The notes under the pieces are model-generated. The model was not told where the DNA came from. It searched no databases and saw nothing but the letters and a program-made list of their open reading frames with translations. A program made the position numbers and the translations under genes. A DNA stretch of 38,106 nt from Halobacteriales archaeon (GTDB lineage: Archaea > Halobacteriota > Halobacteria > Halobacteriales > PXRE01). Within the stretch, counting starts at the first letter, position 1, and the number at the start of each line of letters is the position of its first letter. Of the stretch, positions 17,805-24,814 are shown in pieces. The stretch spans positions 1 to 38,106 of the forward strand of contig JAZKSB010000001.1 of assembly GCA_036626315.1 (NCBI GenBank), written 5' to 3'.

Positions 17805-18539
17805 TCAGGACACCACGTCGACGAGCGGTTCGTCGGCGAGCATCCGTGCGAGCGCGACGCGCTCGACGTCGGGGTGCTCGACGACCTGCTCAGCGACGGC
17901 CCGGGCGCTCGCCTCAAGTTCGCCGTCGTCGACCTTGTTGAGGACGGGCCGGACCGTCGCGCTCCCGGGGACGTCCTTCAGGCCGCCCTCGGGGCTTGTC
18001 AGCACGGCAGCGACGTCCCGTGGCCGGATCTCCTCGCCCGGCGCCCGTCCCGTGACGTCGGCGACCCTGGCGGGGCGGTGGATCGTCTCCTCGTCGAGCG
18101 GGCGACCGACGGCGTGGACGCTCGCGACGGGGACGACGACGTCCGAGCGGGCGGGCACCTCTGGCTCGCGCTCGTCGGGGGCCTTGAACTCCCGCATCCG
18201 GGCGCCGTCTGCCTTTACAAGCACCGCGTCGGCGACGCCGGCGGCGGCGACGTCGTCGACGACTGCGGGGTCGTAGCCGAGATAGCGGTCCGACCGCTCA
18301 CGCTCGGGAACGAGGCCCAGCGGCCAGTCGTCGACCCCGGCGGCCCGCAGCGCCGCGACCGGCTCCGGCGTCACCTCGACGGTCGCGACCTCCGAATCGA
18401 AGATCGGGATGCGGACCGTCGCGGTTACGATCGCCCGGTCGATGCGGTCGGCGAGCGCGTACAGCGTCGACTTCTTGCCGCCGGCGCCGACGACGGCGAC
18501 GAGGCCACCGCCGGGCGCCAGCGCCTCCAGGACGTCCAT
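17805..18539 (-). CDS. yqeC: YqeC-like P-loop accessory protein (family annotated as a selenium-dependent molybdenum hydroxylase accessory / cofactor maturation protein)
   Basis: 244 aa. It has a Walker-A-like VAVVGAGGKKST near the N-terminus, then KADGAR...FKAP...EP.VP, HR and VLNKVD segments as I recall them for the YqeC family. It is convergent with mobA. Confidence 0.65.
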   Translation of the reverse strand: MDVLEALAPGGGLVAVVGAGGKKSTLYALADRIDRAIVTATVRIPIFDSEVATVEVTPEPVAALRAAGVDDWPLGLVPERERSDRYLGYDPAVVDDVAAAGVADAVLVKADGARMREFKAPDEREPEVPARSDVVVPVASVHAVGRPLDEETIHRPARVADVTGRAPGEEIRPRDVAAVLTSPEGGLKDVPGSATVRPVLNKVDDGELEASARAVAEQVVEHPDVERVALARMLADEPLVDVVS

Positions 18540-18750
18540 GTAGGAATCACGGGTACGGACGCCCGAAAAGATTCCTCAACCGGCAGGAGCGCCCGTAGAC
18601 ATCGTGCGGGCAGGGGCCCCCGACGGCGTCATGTGGGCAGGAGCGCCTGACGACACGACCCGTCACCGGGTGGGGGGAACGGCAGGCGGATCGGGTTCGT
18701 CGAGCGCCGGCGGATCCGGTTCGCCGATCGACGGTCCCGGGAACCGGGGC

Positions 18751-18935
18751 GGGATGGGGTGAAATGTGTTGAGATTGGATGTGGTGGGGTGGAATGTGGT
18801 GGGGTGGCCGGGGCTACCGCGGGATGGGATGGAACGGGGTGGGATGGAATGGGACGAGCTGGAATCGAGTAGATCGGGTTGGGGACGAATTGGATACGAT
18901 GGACAGATGAGGGGACGGCGGGACGGTCGGGGAAA
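18751..18935 (+). repeat. G/T/A-rich, cytosine-depleted degenerate short-period repeat tract (GTGGTGGGGTGG, GGGATGGAAY, GGAAT units)
   Basis: There is no C at all in 18751-18807 (57 nt). GTGGTGGGGTGG occurs at 18781-18792 and 18796-18807. GGGATGGAAC is at 18826-18835 and GGGATGGAAT at 18841-18850, so both pairs have 15-nt spacing. There are many G3-G4 runs. Confidence 0.85.
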
Positions 18936-18968
18936 GAACGCCCGAGGCGAACGACCGGTGTGGCGGAT

Positions 18969-19712
18969 CTACTCGTTCTGGATCCGCGGCGCCAGCATGT
19001 AGGTGACGTTGCCCTGGGCCTCCGCGATGTCGAAGTGCATCTTCACTGGGAAGTCCTCGCCGAGTTCCATGGCGACCTCCGCGTCCTTCGGGATGGCCTT
19101 GTTCATGTCCTTCAGATAGTCGAGGCTGTACAGCGAGTGGGCGCCCCCGGCGGTCAGGTCGATGAGGTCGGCGGTGCCGAGTTCGAAGTGGACGTCGTCG
19201 GTGTCGCCCTCGGCGTCGACGTAGAACAGTTCTGCGTCCTCGTCGACCCCCAGCGCGATGTGGTCGGACACCATGTCGGCGGCGGTGACCGCCCGGTCGA
19301 TGTCCCGGCCCTCCAGGACGATGCGGGCCGGCAGGTCCAGGTCGGGGATGTCGGGCTCCTCCCGGATGCTGTCGGGGTCGATGAGCGCGAGCGTGTACTC
19401 CAGGCCGTCGATCTGGATGTGGAGTTTGCGGGTCTCGACTTCGAGTTCCATCTGGACGAGCTGACCCTTGTCGGCCATCCCGGCGATGTCCTCCAGGCGG
19501 GCGAGGTTGACCCCGACCAGTTCGCCGTCGGCCTCGTAGGATTCGAACGCCGACGCCGAGAGATCCAGATCGACCATCCCCACGTTGGCCGGATCGACCG
19601 CCCGGACGTGCATCCCGTCCTCGTCGAAGTGGATCTTGCATTCGTCGACCAGCACGCTCACGGAGTCCAGCGCCGCCCCCAGCGTCTCCGCGCTGACGAT
19701 CGCCTTGAACAT
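18969..19712 (-). CDS. pcn: DNA polymerase sliding clamp (PCNA)
   Basis: 247 aa from internal Met84 of ORF 18969..19961 ([44 protein letters not shown]...). This is archaeal PCNA in length and sequence pattern. A TATA-like box sits 30 nt upstream of this ATG. Confidence 0.92.
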   Translation of the reverse strand: MFKAIVSAETLGAALDSVSVLVDECKIHFDEDGMHVRAVDPANVGMVDLDLSASAFESYEADGELVGVNLARLEDIAGMADKGQLVQMELEVETRKLHIQIDGLEYTLALIDPDSIREEPDIPDLDLPARIVLEGRDIDRAVTAADMVSDHIALGVDEDAELFYVDAEGDTDDVHFELGTADLIDLTAGGAHSLYSLDYLKDMNKAIPKDAEVAMELGEDFPVKMHFDIAEAQGNVTYMLAPRIQNE

Positions 19713-19738
19713 GTTGCAGGATGGTTCGGCGCCACGTC

Positions 19739-19745
19739 TTAAAAA
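19739..19745 (-). promoter_or_regulatory. TATA-like box (TTTTTAA on the minus strand), about 30 nt upstream of the PCNA ATG
   Basis: The plus strand reads cgtcTTAAAAAgtc. The spacing is consistent with a leaderless transcript starting at or near 19712. Confidence 0.45.
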
Positions 19746-20010
19746 GTCACACGTTCCGTTCGCCCGATAGCGCGCCCGGCCTGGTGACCGGGCCTCCCCC
19801 GCTTCCGCTGCGGAAGCCGCCCCGTGGGACCCGCCTGACCGCCCGGTGGAAATGTCAGAACTCGCAATATCGCTCTCCCACACGGTGGATTCGATACCGT
19901 TCAGCCGTCGGGATTTCACAGTTTGAAAATCAGATACCGCGTTCTGGAGGATGAGTTCCATTCATCCAAAATCGGATTATTGCACAATACAAAAAATACT
20001 ACGGAAAGTC

Positions 20011-20016
20011 TTATTT
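20011..20016 (+). promoter_or_regulatory. TATA-like element (TTATTT), about 31 nt upstream of ATG 20045, within an A/T-rich block (19920-20040)
   Basis: The local sequence is ggaaagtcTTATTTcctc. The preceding block (acaaaaaatact) is also A/T-rich. Confidence 0.35.
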
Positions 20017-20044
20017 CCTCTCCACGAATACCAACGGGCAACTG

Positions 20045-21235
20045 ATGTCCGACGATCCGTCCACCGAACAGGCGAGATCCGCGCCTGCGATCGACGCAGC
20101 GACCCTGAAGGCACGCATCGACCGGGGCGAACCGGTGTTCGTCCTCGACGTGCGGGAAGCCGGCGACTTCGAGGAGTGGCACATCGACGGCTTGTCCGCC
20201 GAGGTCGTCAACCTTCCCGGCGACGAGTTGACCGAGGGCGACGTCGAGACCGCCCTGGCGGCCGTGCCTGACGACCGTCAGGTGGTCGTGCTCTGTGCGA
20301 AGGGCATCTCGAGCGAGGCCATCGCCGCCGAACTGAACGAGATGGGGTACGACGCCACCCACCTCGAAGACGGGATGGAGGGATGGGCCGAACTCTACGA
20401 GGCCGCGGAGGTACGGCGCTACGACGGACCGGGAACGCTGGTGCAGTACCGCCGCCCCTCCAGCGGCTGTCTGGGCTATCTCGTCCACGACGGCGAGCGC
20501 GGGGCCGTCTTCGACCCGCTGCGTCACTTCGCCGACCGGTACATCGAGGACGCCGCCGACCTTGGGATCGACCTAGTGTACGCCGTCGACACACACGTCC
20601 ACGCCGACCACGTCTCCGGCGTGCGGGGGCTCGAGGACCGCGGCGTCGAGGGCGTCGTCCCGGCGCCGGCGGTCGACCGGGGGATCACCTCCGCCGACGA
20701 ACTGACGATCGTCAGGGACGGCGAGACGCTCTCGGTCGGCGAGGTCACCGTCGAGGCGGTTCATACGCCCGGCCACACGACCGGGATGACCTCCTACCTC
20801 GTCGGGGAGAGCGCCCTCCTGACCGGCGACGGCCTGTTCGTCGAGAGCGTGGCCCGTCCGGACCTGGAGGAGGGCGACGACGGCGCACCGGCGGCCGCGA
20901 GGATGCTGTACGAGAGCCTCCAGGAGACGGTGCTTTCGCTGCCCGACGACGTGGTGGTCGCGCCCGGCCACTTCAGCGACGCTACCGACCCGGCGGCGGA
21001 CGGCACCTACACCGCGACGCTGGGCGAACTCCGCGAGCGGATGGCCGCGCTGTCGATGGACGAGGCGGAGTTCGTCGACCTGATCCTGTCGGACATGCCG
21101 CCGCAGCCGGCCAACTACCGGGAGATCATCGCCACGAACCTCGGCCAGGCGTCCGTCGACGATGCGGAGGCGTTCCAGCTGGAGCTGGGACCCAACAACT
21201 GTGCCGCCAGCCAGGACGCGATGACGGGGGACTAG
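20045..21235 (+). CDS. Rhodanese domain fused to a metallo-beta-lactamase-fold hydrolase (persulfide dioxygenase/ETHE1-like architecture)
   Basis: 396 aa. The N-terminal rhodanese-like domain has the active-site Cys context VVVLCAKGISS, followed by the MBL HxHxDH motif (DTHVHADHVSG) and HTPGHT. Confidence 0.85.
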   Translation: MSDDPSTEQARSAPAIDAATLKARIDRGEPVFVLDVREAGDFEEWHIDGLSAEVVNLPGDELTEGDVETALAAVPDDRQVVVLCAKGISSEAIAAELNEMGYDATHLEDGMEGWAELYEAAEVRRYDGPGTLVQYRRPSSGCLGYLVHDGERGAVFDPLRHFADRYIEDAADLGIDLVYAVDTHVHADHVSGVRGLEDRGVEGVVPAPAVDRGITSADELTIVRDGETLSVGEVTVEAVHTPGHTTGMTSYLVGESALLTGDGLFVESVARPDLEEGDDGAPAAARMLYESLQETVLSLPDDVVVAPGHFSDATDPAADGTYTATLGELRERMAALSMDEAEFVDLILSDMPPQPANYREIIATNLGQASVDDAEAFQLELGPNNCAASQDAMTGD

Positions 21236-21236
21236 C

Positions 21237-21707
21237 GTGTTCGAGACGCTGTTTCCCCACGGCGTCGTCCACTACGCCCTCGGCGGACTGTTGATCGGCC
21301 TGGGCGTTGCGACGATCTATCTCGCGACCGGCATCATCACCGGGGCGAGCACGTTCCTGGAGTCGACGCTGTCGTACGTCTCCGACGTCTCCCGGTTCAA
21401 CCGGACGAAGTACGTCGCCTCCCGGGACTGGCGGGTGCTTTTCACGGTCGGCATTGTCGCCGGGGCCGCCGCCTACCGACTCGCAGTCGATCCCACCCCC
21501 TGGACGACGGAGGTGCAGTGGTGGCGGCTGCTGGCCGGCGGCGTCCTCGTCGGCGTGGGCACCCGCCTCGGAAAGGGCTGTACGTCCGGCCACGGCGTCT
21601 GCGGGGTCGGGTCGGCCTCCCGGACGTCGCTCGTCAACGTCGCGACGTTCCTGCTGGTGGCGGTCGCGACCGCCGGACTGGTGAGCGCGGCGGGAGTGGC
21701 CCCATGA
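21237..21707 (+). CDS. YeeE/YedE-family sulfur-compound transport membrane protein (half-size, part 1)
   Basis: 156 aa with a GTG start 1 nt after the upstream stop. It is hydrophobic and carries the GKGCTSGHGVCG motif characteristic of YeeE/YedE (DUF395). Confidence 0.8.
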   Translation: MFETLFPHGVVHYALGGLLIGLGVATIYLATGIITGASTFLESTLSYVSDVSRFNRTKYVASRDWRVLFTVGIVAGAAAYRLAVDPTPWTTEVQWWRLLAGGVLVGVGTRLGKGCTSGHGVCGVGSASRTSLVNVATFLLVAVATAGLVSAAGVAP

Positions 21708-22201
21708 GTGGCGACGGGCCGGGGCCGGTCCCGTCCGGAGGCAAGTCGGATCGGCACCCGCTGTTTGCCCCCGTCGTGCTCGTCGGTGGCCTCCTCTTCG
21801 GGGCCGGTCTGGGGATCAGCGAGATGGCCCGCCCGGAGGTCGTCCTGCGGTTTCTCCAGCTCGACGACTTCGGCCTCCTGCTCGTGATGGGCGGGGCCGC
21901 CGCCGTCACCGGGACGACGTTCGCGCTGGCGACTCGGTTCGGCGACCGGGCGCCGGTCACGGGGCGTGCCTACGAGCGCCGGCTGAAGTCGTTCGACCGC
22001 AATGTCGTCCTTGGCGGCGCCATCTTCGGTGCGGGCTGGGGCCTGTCTGGCATCTGTCCCGGCGCCGCCTACGCCAGCCTCGGCATCGGCAACTACTTTA
22101 TCCTGTGGGCGCTGGCCGGGATGTTTCTCGGCGCCTACGCCCAGGGGTACTGGCGCTCGCGCAGCACCGACGCGGAGACGACCCCGTCGCCGGCGGACTG
22201 A
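21704..22201 (+). CDS. YeeE/YedE-family sulfur-compound transport membrane protein (half-size, part 2)
   Basis: 165 aa from internal ATG 21704 of ORF 21518..22201 (MSGDGPGP...), with an ATGA overlap onto part 1. It has TM segments and a GWGLSGICPG motif. Confidence 0.78.
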   Translation: MSGDGPGPVPSGGKSDRHPLFAPVVLVGGLLFGAGLGISEMARPEVVLRFLQLDDFGLLLVMGGAAAVTGTTFALATRFGDRAPVTGRAYERRLKSFDRNVVLGGAIFGAGWGLSGICPGAAYASLGIGNYFILWALAGMFLGAYAQGYWRSRSTDAETTPSPAD

Positions 22202-22273
22202 CCGGCGGCGGACTCACCGGACCCGCAGCGGCGTTTCCCTGTCGTCGCCCCTCCCGTCGTCCCCGCTGTCGGC

Positions 22274-22389
22274 CCAGTCGCCGCTTCCGCCGCCCCCAGC
22301 CGTCGCTTTCGCTGCCATCCAGTCGCCGCTTCCGCCGCCCCCAGCCGTCGCTTTCGCTGCCATCCAGTCGCCGCTTCCGCCGCCCCCAG
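22274..22389. repeat. Perfect 45-bp tandem direct repeat, 2.6 copies (unit CCAGTCGCCGCTTCCGCCGCCCCCAGCCGTCGCTTTCGCTGCCAT)
   Basis: The copies are at 22274-22318, 22319-22363 and a partial one at 22364-22389. It is intergenic, between the yeeE-2 stop (22201) and the HTH gene (22467), with degenerate unit-like sequence on both flanks. Confidence 0.92.
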
Positions 22390-22437
22390 TTCTCGCTTCT
22401 GGAGTCGAGTGTAGTATTGTAAGAACCGTACAAACTC

Positions 22438-22444
22438 TTTTAAT
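22438..22444 (+). promoter_or_regulatory. TATA-like box (TTTTAAT), about 26 nt upstream of ATG 22467 (leaderless-type promoter)
   Basis: The local sequence is caaactcTTTTAATcggg. It supports start 22467 rather than ORF-track start 22002. Confidence 0.45.
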
Positions 22445-22466
22445 CGGGCGCCTTCTACTGCCGAAC

Positions 22467-22859
22467 ATGCGGAAATCGATGGTGGAGTACCTCCGCAGCG
22501 ACATGAAATGCGAGGGGTTGCTGGAGTGTCTCCACGGGCTCAAGGGGCTCGACCGCACCTGCTTCGAGGAACTGGTCGAGGCCGACGAGCCCCTGACCGT
22601 CGACGAACTCGCCGAGCGAGTCGACCGGGAGCGGTCGACGGTCTACCGGGCGCTCAAACGCCTGCTCCAGGCGGGCATCGTCGAGGAGGAACAGATCAAC
22701 TACGACCAGGGCGGGTACTACCACGTCTACTCGACGGCGGACACCGAACAGATCGTCGACGACATGCAACGGCTCCTGAACGACTGGTATGCCAAGATGG
22801 GCCAGCTCATCCGGGAGTTCGAGGAGAAGTACGAGGACGCCCAGGAGGTCACCCACTGA
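22467..22859 (+). CDS. Winged helix-turn-helix transcriptional regulator (ArsR/TrmB-like) with an N-terminal Cys/His cluster
   Basis: 130 aa from the internal Met of ORF 22002..22859. It reads MRKSMVEYLRSDMKCEGLLECLHGLKGLDRTCFEEL, then the wHTH-like LTVDELAERVDRERSTVYRALKRLLQAGIV. Confidence 0.72.
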   Translation: MRKSMVEYLRSDMKCEGLLECLHGLKGLDRTCFEELVEADEPLTVDELAERVDRERSTVYRALKRLLQAGIVEEEQINYDQGGYYHVYSTADTEQIVDDMQRLLNDWYAKMGQLIREFEEKYEDAQEVTH

Positions 22860-22880
22860 CCGGGCGGCGCCGCCCCGGCG

Positions 22881-23822
22881 TCAGAACACCCCGGTCACGA
22901 ACCCTATCCCCATCGCGGTCAACACCGCCGCCGAGAACGCCGGCAGATATCCCGCGTAGGCTTCGACGCGGTCCTCGAACCGATGATACCCCGCCAGCAG
23001 CAGCATCGTCAGCCCGACGATGCCGACCACGACGGTCAGCGCGTAGGCGGTCATCAGTTCCAGGCAGTGGCTGGACCCGGCACAGAGCGCGATGATCTCG
23101 AACTCCTCCTCGTGGGCGAACCCGAGCAGGAACGCGAACCACGCGATGCCCCAGAGCCCGCGGTCGGTCGCGTCGTCCATGCTGCCGTGGTCGTGGGCGT
23201 CCCCGCCGACGAGCGGGAGGTGGGCTTTCAGCCGAGCGAGTAGCCCTCCGTCGTCGGGCCGGTCGCCCCTGTCGATGGTCCGCACGCCGCCGTCTTCTTG
23301 TGAGTGGTCGCCCCCGTCGGCGTGCTCGACGTGGTGGTGGTCATCCCCTGAGTGGGCATGGCCGGGGTCCTCGTTTCCGTGGGCGTGGTCCTCGTCCGCG
23401 TGGCTGTGGCCGTGTCCGTGGTCTTCCTCCGCGGAACCGTAAGCGTGGCTGTGGCCGTGGCGATACTCCCGGACTGCCAGCCCGATGAGGACGACGCCGG
23501 CGACGACGCTGACCGGCCCACCGACCTCGACGGGACCGACTGCGACCGCCCCGACCTCCGCGGGGCCGAGTGTGATCGGCTCGTTGACCTCCGTGAGCCG
23601 GAAGTACGACTTCGCGAAGAAGAACGCCCCGACCATCGCGATGCTGCTGACCAGGTGACCGACGCCCAGGATCAGCGACGACGCGAACCCGTACAGCCAC
23701 GGGCGGCGCCGCTCCAGCGCGTAGGAGGCGGCCACCGGCCAGCCGTGTCCCGGTTCGACGCCGTGGATCGCCCCCAGCGCGACGGCCCCGGCGAGCAGCC
23801 CGGACGCCTCTCCGTGCAGCAT
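22881..23822 (-). CDS. rcnA: RcnA/NicO-family nickel/cobalt transporter with a long His/Asp-rich cytoplasmic loop
   Basis: 313 aa. The segment GAIHGVEPGHGW parallels the E. coli RcnA GALHGLEPGHSK motif. It has about 6 TM segments. The central loop reads HGHSHAYGSAEEDHGHGHSHADEDHAHGNEDPGHAHSGDDHHHVEHADGGDH. Confidence 0.78.
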   Translation of the reverse strand: MLHGEASGLLAGAVALGAIHGVEPGHGWPVAASYALERRRPWLYGFASSLILGVGHLVSSIAMVGAFFFAKSYFRLTEVNEPITLGPAEVGAVAVGPVEVGGPVSVVAGVVLIGLAVREYRHGHSHAYGSAEEDHGHGHSHADEDHAHGNEDPGHAHSGDDHHHVEHADGGDHSQEDGGVRTIDRGDRPDDGGLLARLKAHLPLVGGDAHDHGSMDDATDRGLWGIAWFAFLLGFAHEEEFEIIALCAGSSHCLELMTAYALTVVVGIVGLTMLLLAGYHRFEDRVEAYAGYLPAFSAAVLTAMGIGFVTGVF

Positions 23823-23847
23823 TGACGGCTACTGGATCCGCTGGACG

Positions 23848-23852
23848 TATAT
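23848..23852 (-). promoter_or_regulatory. TATA-like element (gaTATAcg on the minus strand), about 28 nt upstream of ATG 23822
   Basis: The plus strand reads ggacgTATATcgg. The spacing suggests a leaderless transporter mRNA. Confidence 0.35.
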
Positions 23853-23962
23853 CGGTTGCTAAAGAGGAATGGGCCACTGCCTCCCCGGAAACGGCGTCCT
23901 CTCCGAATCCCGCACTCGTTCCCCGGTGGTGGCTCTTCCCGGTCGGTTCCTCCGCCGTGGAT

Positions 23963-23980
23963 CGCGGGGGCTACCCCGCG
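23963..23980 (-). terminator. GC hairpin downstream of the DUF1508 gene (possible 3'-end or terminator structure)
   Basis: CGCGGGG (23963-23969), a 4-nt loop gcta, then CCCCGCG (23974-23980) give a perfect 7-bp stem 20-37 nt after the stop at 24000. No T-run follows it. Confidence 0.25.
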
Positions 23981-23999
23981 GAGACGAGTCGCCGATTTC

Positions 24000-24203
24000 C
24001 TACTCCCGGGGAGTCGGGTTATCGACCTGCTTTATTTCCGCGTCGCCGGCGTTTTCCTTGACGCTCGCGATGCCCTGCTCGCACTTCTGGCGGGTCGCGT
24101 ACCCCTCGCCCCCGTCGGCGATGATGTTGCCGTTGTCGTGGACGAGCCGCCATCGCCACTTGTCCGCGCGGTCCTGGTACACCTCGAAGGTCGCCTTCGA
24201 CAT
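24000..24203 (-). CDS. YegP/UPF0339 (DUF1508) small protein
   Basis: 67 aa from the C-terminal end of ORF 24000..24725. It reads MSKATFEVYQDRADKWRWRLVHDNGNIIADGGEGYATRQKCEQGIASVKENA, the canonical DUF1508 repeat pattern. It starts 5 nt after the upstream gene's stop. Confidence 0.8.
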   Translation of the reverse strand: MSKATFEVYQDRADKWRWRLVHDNGNIIADGGEGYATRQKCEQGIASVKENAGDAEIKQVDNPTPRE

Positions 24204-24208
24204 CCCGC

Positions 24209-24673
24209 TCACTCCTCGGGCTGGGGGCCGCCGCCGGTCGCGGCCTCCCTGGCGTCCGTCCACCCGCCCTCGTCGACCACCTCGAACAGTTTCCGCCAGT
24301 TCTCGTCGTCCTCGCTTTCCGGCAACTGGTCGCGGAGTTGCCGGAAGTCCGACGCCGGCACGGTCTCCTCGAGCAGGCTGACGACGATCCGTGCGTGGTA
24401 GGCCGCGTCGGACGGGTCGACGCCCTCCCCCTCGATCTCGCTCACCCGGGAGACGAACTCCGACCAGTCGAACCGCTGGCCGTGCTCGCCGACGGCGCCG
24501 GTCAGATACCACCGGATCTCCATCGGAAGCGACCCGGCCAGGTCCTCGGCGTTGCCCTCCGGGATGCGCTGCCCCAGCGTCATCAGCGTCGCCCGGATGC
24601 CCCGGACCGCCTCCCCGGTTCCCGGAAGCTCCAGTCGGTGCTGGATCGTCCCCGTGAACTCGTCGAAGTTCAT
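24209..24673 (-). CDS. DUF2267-domain protein
   Basis: 154 aa from Met11 of ORF 24209..24703. The sequence MNFDEFTGTIQHRLELPGTGEAVRGIRATLMTLGQRIPEGNAEDLAGSLPMEI matches the DUF2267 pattern as I recall it. Confidence 0.7.
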   Translation of the reverse strand: MNFDEFTGTIQHRLELPGTGEAVRGIRATLMTLGQRIPEGNAEDLAGSLPMEIRWYLTGAVGEHGQRFDWSEFVSRVSEIEGEGVDPSDAAYHARIVVSLLEETVPASDFRQLRDQLPESEDDENWRKLFEVVDEGGWTDAREAATGGGPQPEE

Positions 24674-24814
24674 TGCGTTTGGAGTATCGCTGCCTCGCTG
24701 CATGAATCATGGTGGTAGTTCTCAACGTTCGGAGGGGAACTTCCGGGACGGCCGCCAGGGGGTCGGGCGTCAGGTTCCTGCACGGCGGTCGGGGCCGGGT
24801 GGCCTTGTCCTCAC

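Noticed and set aside
5030-18719. CGGATCCGG recurs at 5030, 6794, 6812 and 18711, which might indicate a dispersed regulatory motif
   Set aside because: There are only four copies and one lies inside the BCCT coding sequence. A short GC-rich palindrome containing a BamHI-like core can recur by chance at this composition. Only the closely spaced pair at 6794-6820 was kept as a finding.
18766-19002. 78-aa plus-strand ORF (MLRLDVVGWNVVGWPG...GMERGGMEWDE...) lying on the G-rich tract
   Set aside because: Its repetitive peptide simply mirrors the DNA repeat. It is Gly/Trp/Arg-rich and basic, runs into the PCNA 3' end on the opposite strand, and has no promoter-like element.
19801-19900. Hairpins in the PCNA upstream region (GCTTCCG-ctg-CGGAAGC at 19801-19817; ACGGT-ggattcgat-ACCGT at about 19882-19900) that superficially recall a tRNA T-arm (GATTCGA)
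   Set aside because: No acceptor, D or anticodon arms can be built around them. The loop is 9 nt rather than 7, and the surrounding sequence is not GC-rich and structured like haloarchaeal tRNAs. They are more likely incidental or regulatory hairpins.
22002-22558. Repeat-encoded peptides across the 45-bp tandem repeat: plus frame SPLPPPPAVAFAAIQ x2.5 in ORF 22002..22859, and minus frame GGGGSGDWMAAKATA x2.5 in ORF 22214..22558
   Set aside because: The plus frame overlaps the yeeE-2 coding region out of frame, and a good TATA box supports the regulator start at 22467. The minus ORF overlaps the regulator's 5' end antisense. Neither has independent coding evidence.
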